From positions 2,356,001 to 2,420,000 of the forward strand of contig OX337239.1 in NCBI GenBank assembly GCA_946965045.2: a stretch of DNA of 64,000 nt. The letters are read 5' to 3'. Source of the DNA: Epithemia pelagica. Lineage: Eukaryota > Protista > Bacillariophyta. Position numbers and translations under genes: made by a program. Below the pieces are notes generated by a model, which was given only the letters and a program-made list of their open reading frames with translations, did no database searches and was not told the origin of the DNA. Shown here in pieces: positions 63,201-64,000 of the stretch (positions are counted from its first letter, which is position 1; each line of letters starts with the position of its first letter).

Positions 63201-64000
63201 AATCGAGCATTGCATCAATACCGAAATACTTGGAACAGGAAATCTCGCGTTCCAGTTTCAGATTCCATTCGAGGAAACCACGAAGACTATTGGGGTGGTT
63301 CAGATGAGCAATGTACAGATCCGACGTTTGATTGTCGACATCGAGAAACTCGTGGACAAGTGCATCGTGGATGAGGATGACATCTTCTTATGGAAGAGGG
63401 CAATGGAACACTACTCTGCCTCGTTCCAACTGCTGCGAATTCGGGAACCCATGACAAACGAGCAAATATTTGACTACCAGAAGCATGCTGATCTCTTCTA
63501 TCGCGACTGGATAGAGTTGTATGGTGACGATGGGATCACAAATTATGCCCACTACATTGGTAGTGGGCATATCGGGGAATATCTCCTACACTGGCGCAAC
63601 CTCACGAACCATTCCCAGCAAGGCTGGGAAGCGTTCAACTCCGCTTTTAAGAGCTTCTATTTCAATAGAACTCAGCGCGGAGGAGCAGTGAATAGAGGAA
63701 AAGGGGCACGCTCAAGGCTACGTCCCATGGCAAGATGGATCCAACGCCGCATGGTTTTCATGCTAGGTTACGACCTGGAAACCATGCGAGCCGAAATGGA
63801 TGCGAGGACTCCGGAAGAAGAAGAGAAGTTCAAAACGTGGGTGAGAGACAATGGCGGAACAATCAAATTCGGGCAGCTTGTTCGACACAACAAAAAAGCC
63901 AATGACGAATCCAAGGATGACGAAGATGAAGATGAGGAAGGACACAACAATACAGGCAATGACGAATCCAAGGATGACGAAGATGAAGATGAGGAAGGGG
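60241..64000 (+). CDS. RAG1/Transib/Chapaev-like DDE transposase (at least 1253 aa, 3'-partial; not in the ORF track)
   Basis: Manual translation shows no stop from ATG 60241 to the window end. CMDGA (D655), NADMS (D736), CAKC (C757/C760), IPCILH (H940), GITNYAHYIGSGH (H1104/H1110), SQQGWEAFNSAFK (E1130). Confidence 0.78.
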   Translation, partial: MITRSQTTTKPGKEAATTPKEPDTPPPSLRRSSRIAKDPPPPKEPPVPCKEPPPPPEDPPAPPKERLVPPKEPPAPSHPLRRSSRIAEDLPPSPNLQTRATRLNKGTTISNSYVERERIAKIRKQFKHHYKKPCSVFGLEREARYRGGFFFCLNCEYADNKERAQPQLKVNRFSGLFGCVAEHKNGIYPTDRMIDEKKRRLKKLAEQQRQKKAKADKDAQQEIGSLTNPDLLEAESKQSTHDLSAEPSPTNQGPECHSLQDNEYDESSKPPSQQSISLTVPNEPNLTLAQPEEANVPPPSMKHPPNPYEDQEFVSSQKKPPPTGTSDAPSSQTLIPPPDDDGVESDRIPEDDGFEDTIDKTVIPRSRNDPPVDINRGLTIPQILDRSDAPPETTTPSNEEQEEEKKQYTVSLVNGLLLQVESLKKKLSKEGQRNATLKRRLSEQRAKNKSRLDRIYYLQKKTEQSGPDGMASLPSTCSKEENAEMIIRHIKEVIQSSVKNHQVGSQRSDKFFRMLTNMLMNDNLHGTQVRDIMVKAVSNYLRQTCFSPFRILREMDTTGGVLSLSGLEILRKCESDGRKGAHTMIPSSAAMKKAQQEIERFADTIVPFHTIRNTKDGSEGFIFRGADTMKGVLRSNNALEGEAKEREHTVASCMDGASLTRSLDHTLGGVKYNDISNPLQRSQAACVPTCCVIGREKKNTVRGLFSRMLKENKEAAETVLPKAFGIKEVYNPLNADMSCDFKVSDKGGAVKVAKYPCAKCHISSDNLTKGLESPDDCKWCDHMDYASTEDGWMCRHFPICTDDYVQIRKDEMKKFEKDMPQIKDQIEEIWAKSKIAMNKTMDPRMPVDEIQLKTVSSIHFDVAQASNTLQKRYSSWLNQDLGLRNLSVDGNVLERQDRLRRQLISEWQYVDCHDCVRLFGEGTVSTALVMVMDSIPCILHMEMRMGQKILTMCFRTGLMNAKNNLLPWIQRSNRSSVEKKCKSFLRGIEHCINTEILGTGNLAFQFQIPFEETTKTIGVVQMSNVQIRRLIVDIEKLVDKCIVDEDDIFLWKRAMEHYSASFQLLRIREPMTNEQIFDYQKHADLFYRDWIELYGDDGITNYAHYIGSGHIGEYLLHWRNLTNHSQQGWEAFNSAFKSFYFNRTQRGGAVNRGKGARSRLRPMARWIQRRMVFMLGYDLETMRAEMDARTPEEEEKFKTWVRDNGGTIKFGQLVRHNKKANDESKDDEDEDEEGHNNTGNDESKDDEDEDEEG
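63900..63998 (+). repeat. 57-bp-period tandem repeat encoding NDESKDDEDEDEEG
   Basis: 42-bp identical units at 63900-63941 and 63957-63998; may continue beyond the window. Confidence 0.93.

Noticed and set aside
1-64000. CRISPR arrays, rRNA or tRNA genes; many overlapping short ORFs
   Set aside because: None seen. The short ORFs are antisense or alternative-frame shadows of GC-rich, low-complexity coding sequence.

Overview
Eukaryotic nuclear DNA, very likely from a (pennate) diatom, judged from the short GT-AG introns, poly-T/Q/N low-complexity proteins, a bipartite plastid-targeting motif and diatom-type TEs. The left 19 kb is gene-dense: 3' part of a carbamoyl-phosphate synthetase, an O-methyltransferase, a GT14 glycosyltransferase, a PfkB kinase, a photolyase-like/alpha-beta hydrolase fusion, an ankyrin protein, and a decayed inverted copy of the CPS 3' end. 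The rest is dominated by transposons. An MscS-like channel pseudogene is split by a full-length Ambal-type LINE (17-bp TSD) and a Copia element with identical LTRs (5-bp TSD). A second, 5'-truncated Ambal LINE (20-bp TSD) lies upstream of a RING-TPR-DnaJ gene. A Gypsy element (5-bp TSD) upstream of an FkbM gene has its 3' LTR split by a Penelope element carrying a hammerhead-like core. A 1.4-kb TIR element follows. The most notable feature is absent from the supplied ORF track because it runs off the window: an uninterrupted ORF of at least 1253 codons from 60241. It carries the D-D-CxxC-LH-ITNYxH-H-E signature of RAG1/Transib/Chapaev-type transposases, with a candidate RSS-like (CACAGTC-23-GCAAGAAAC) left end about 1 kb upstream. 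All domain calls come from motif recognition by eye; no database search was run.
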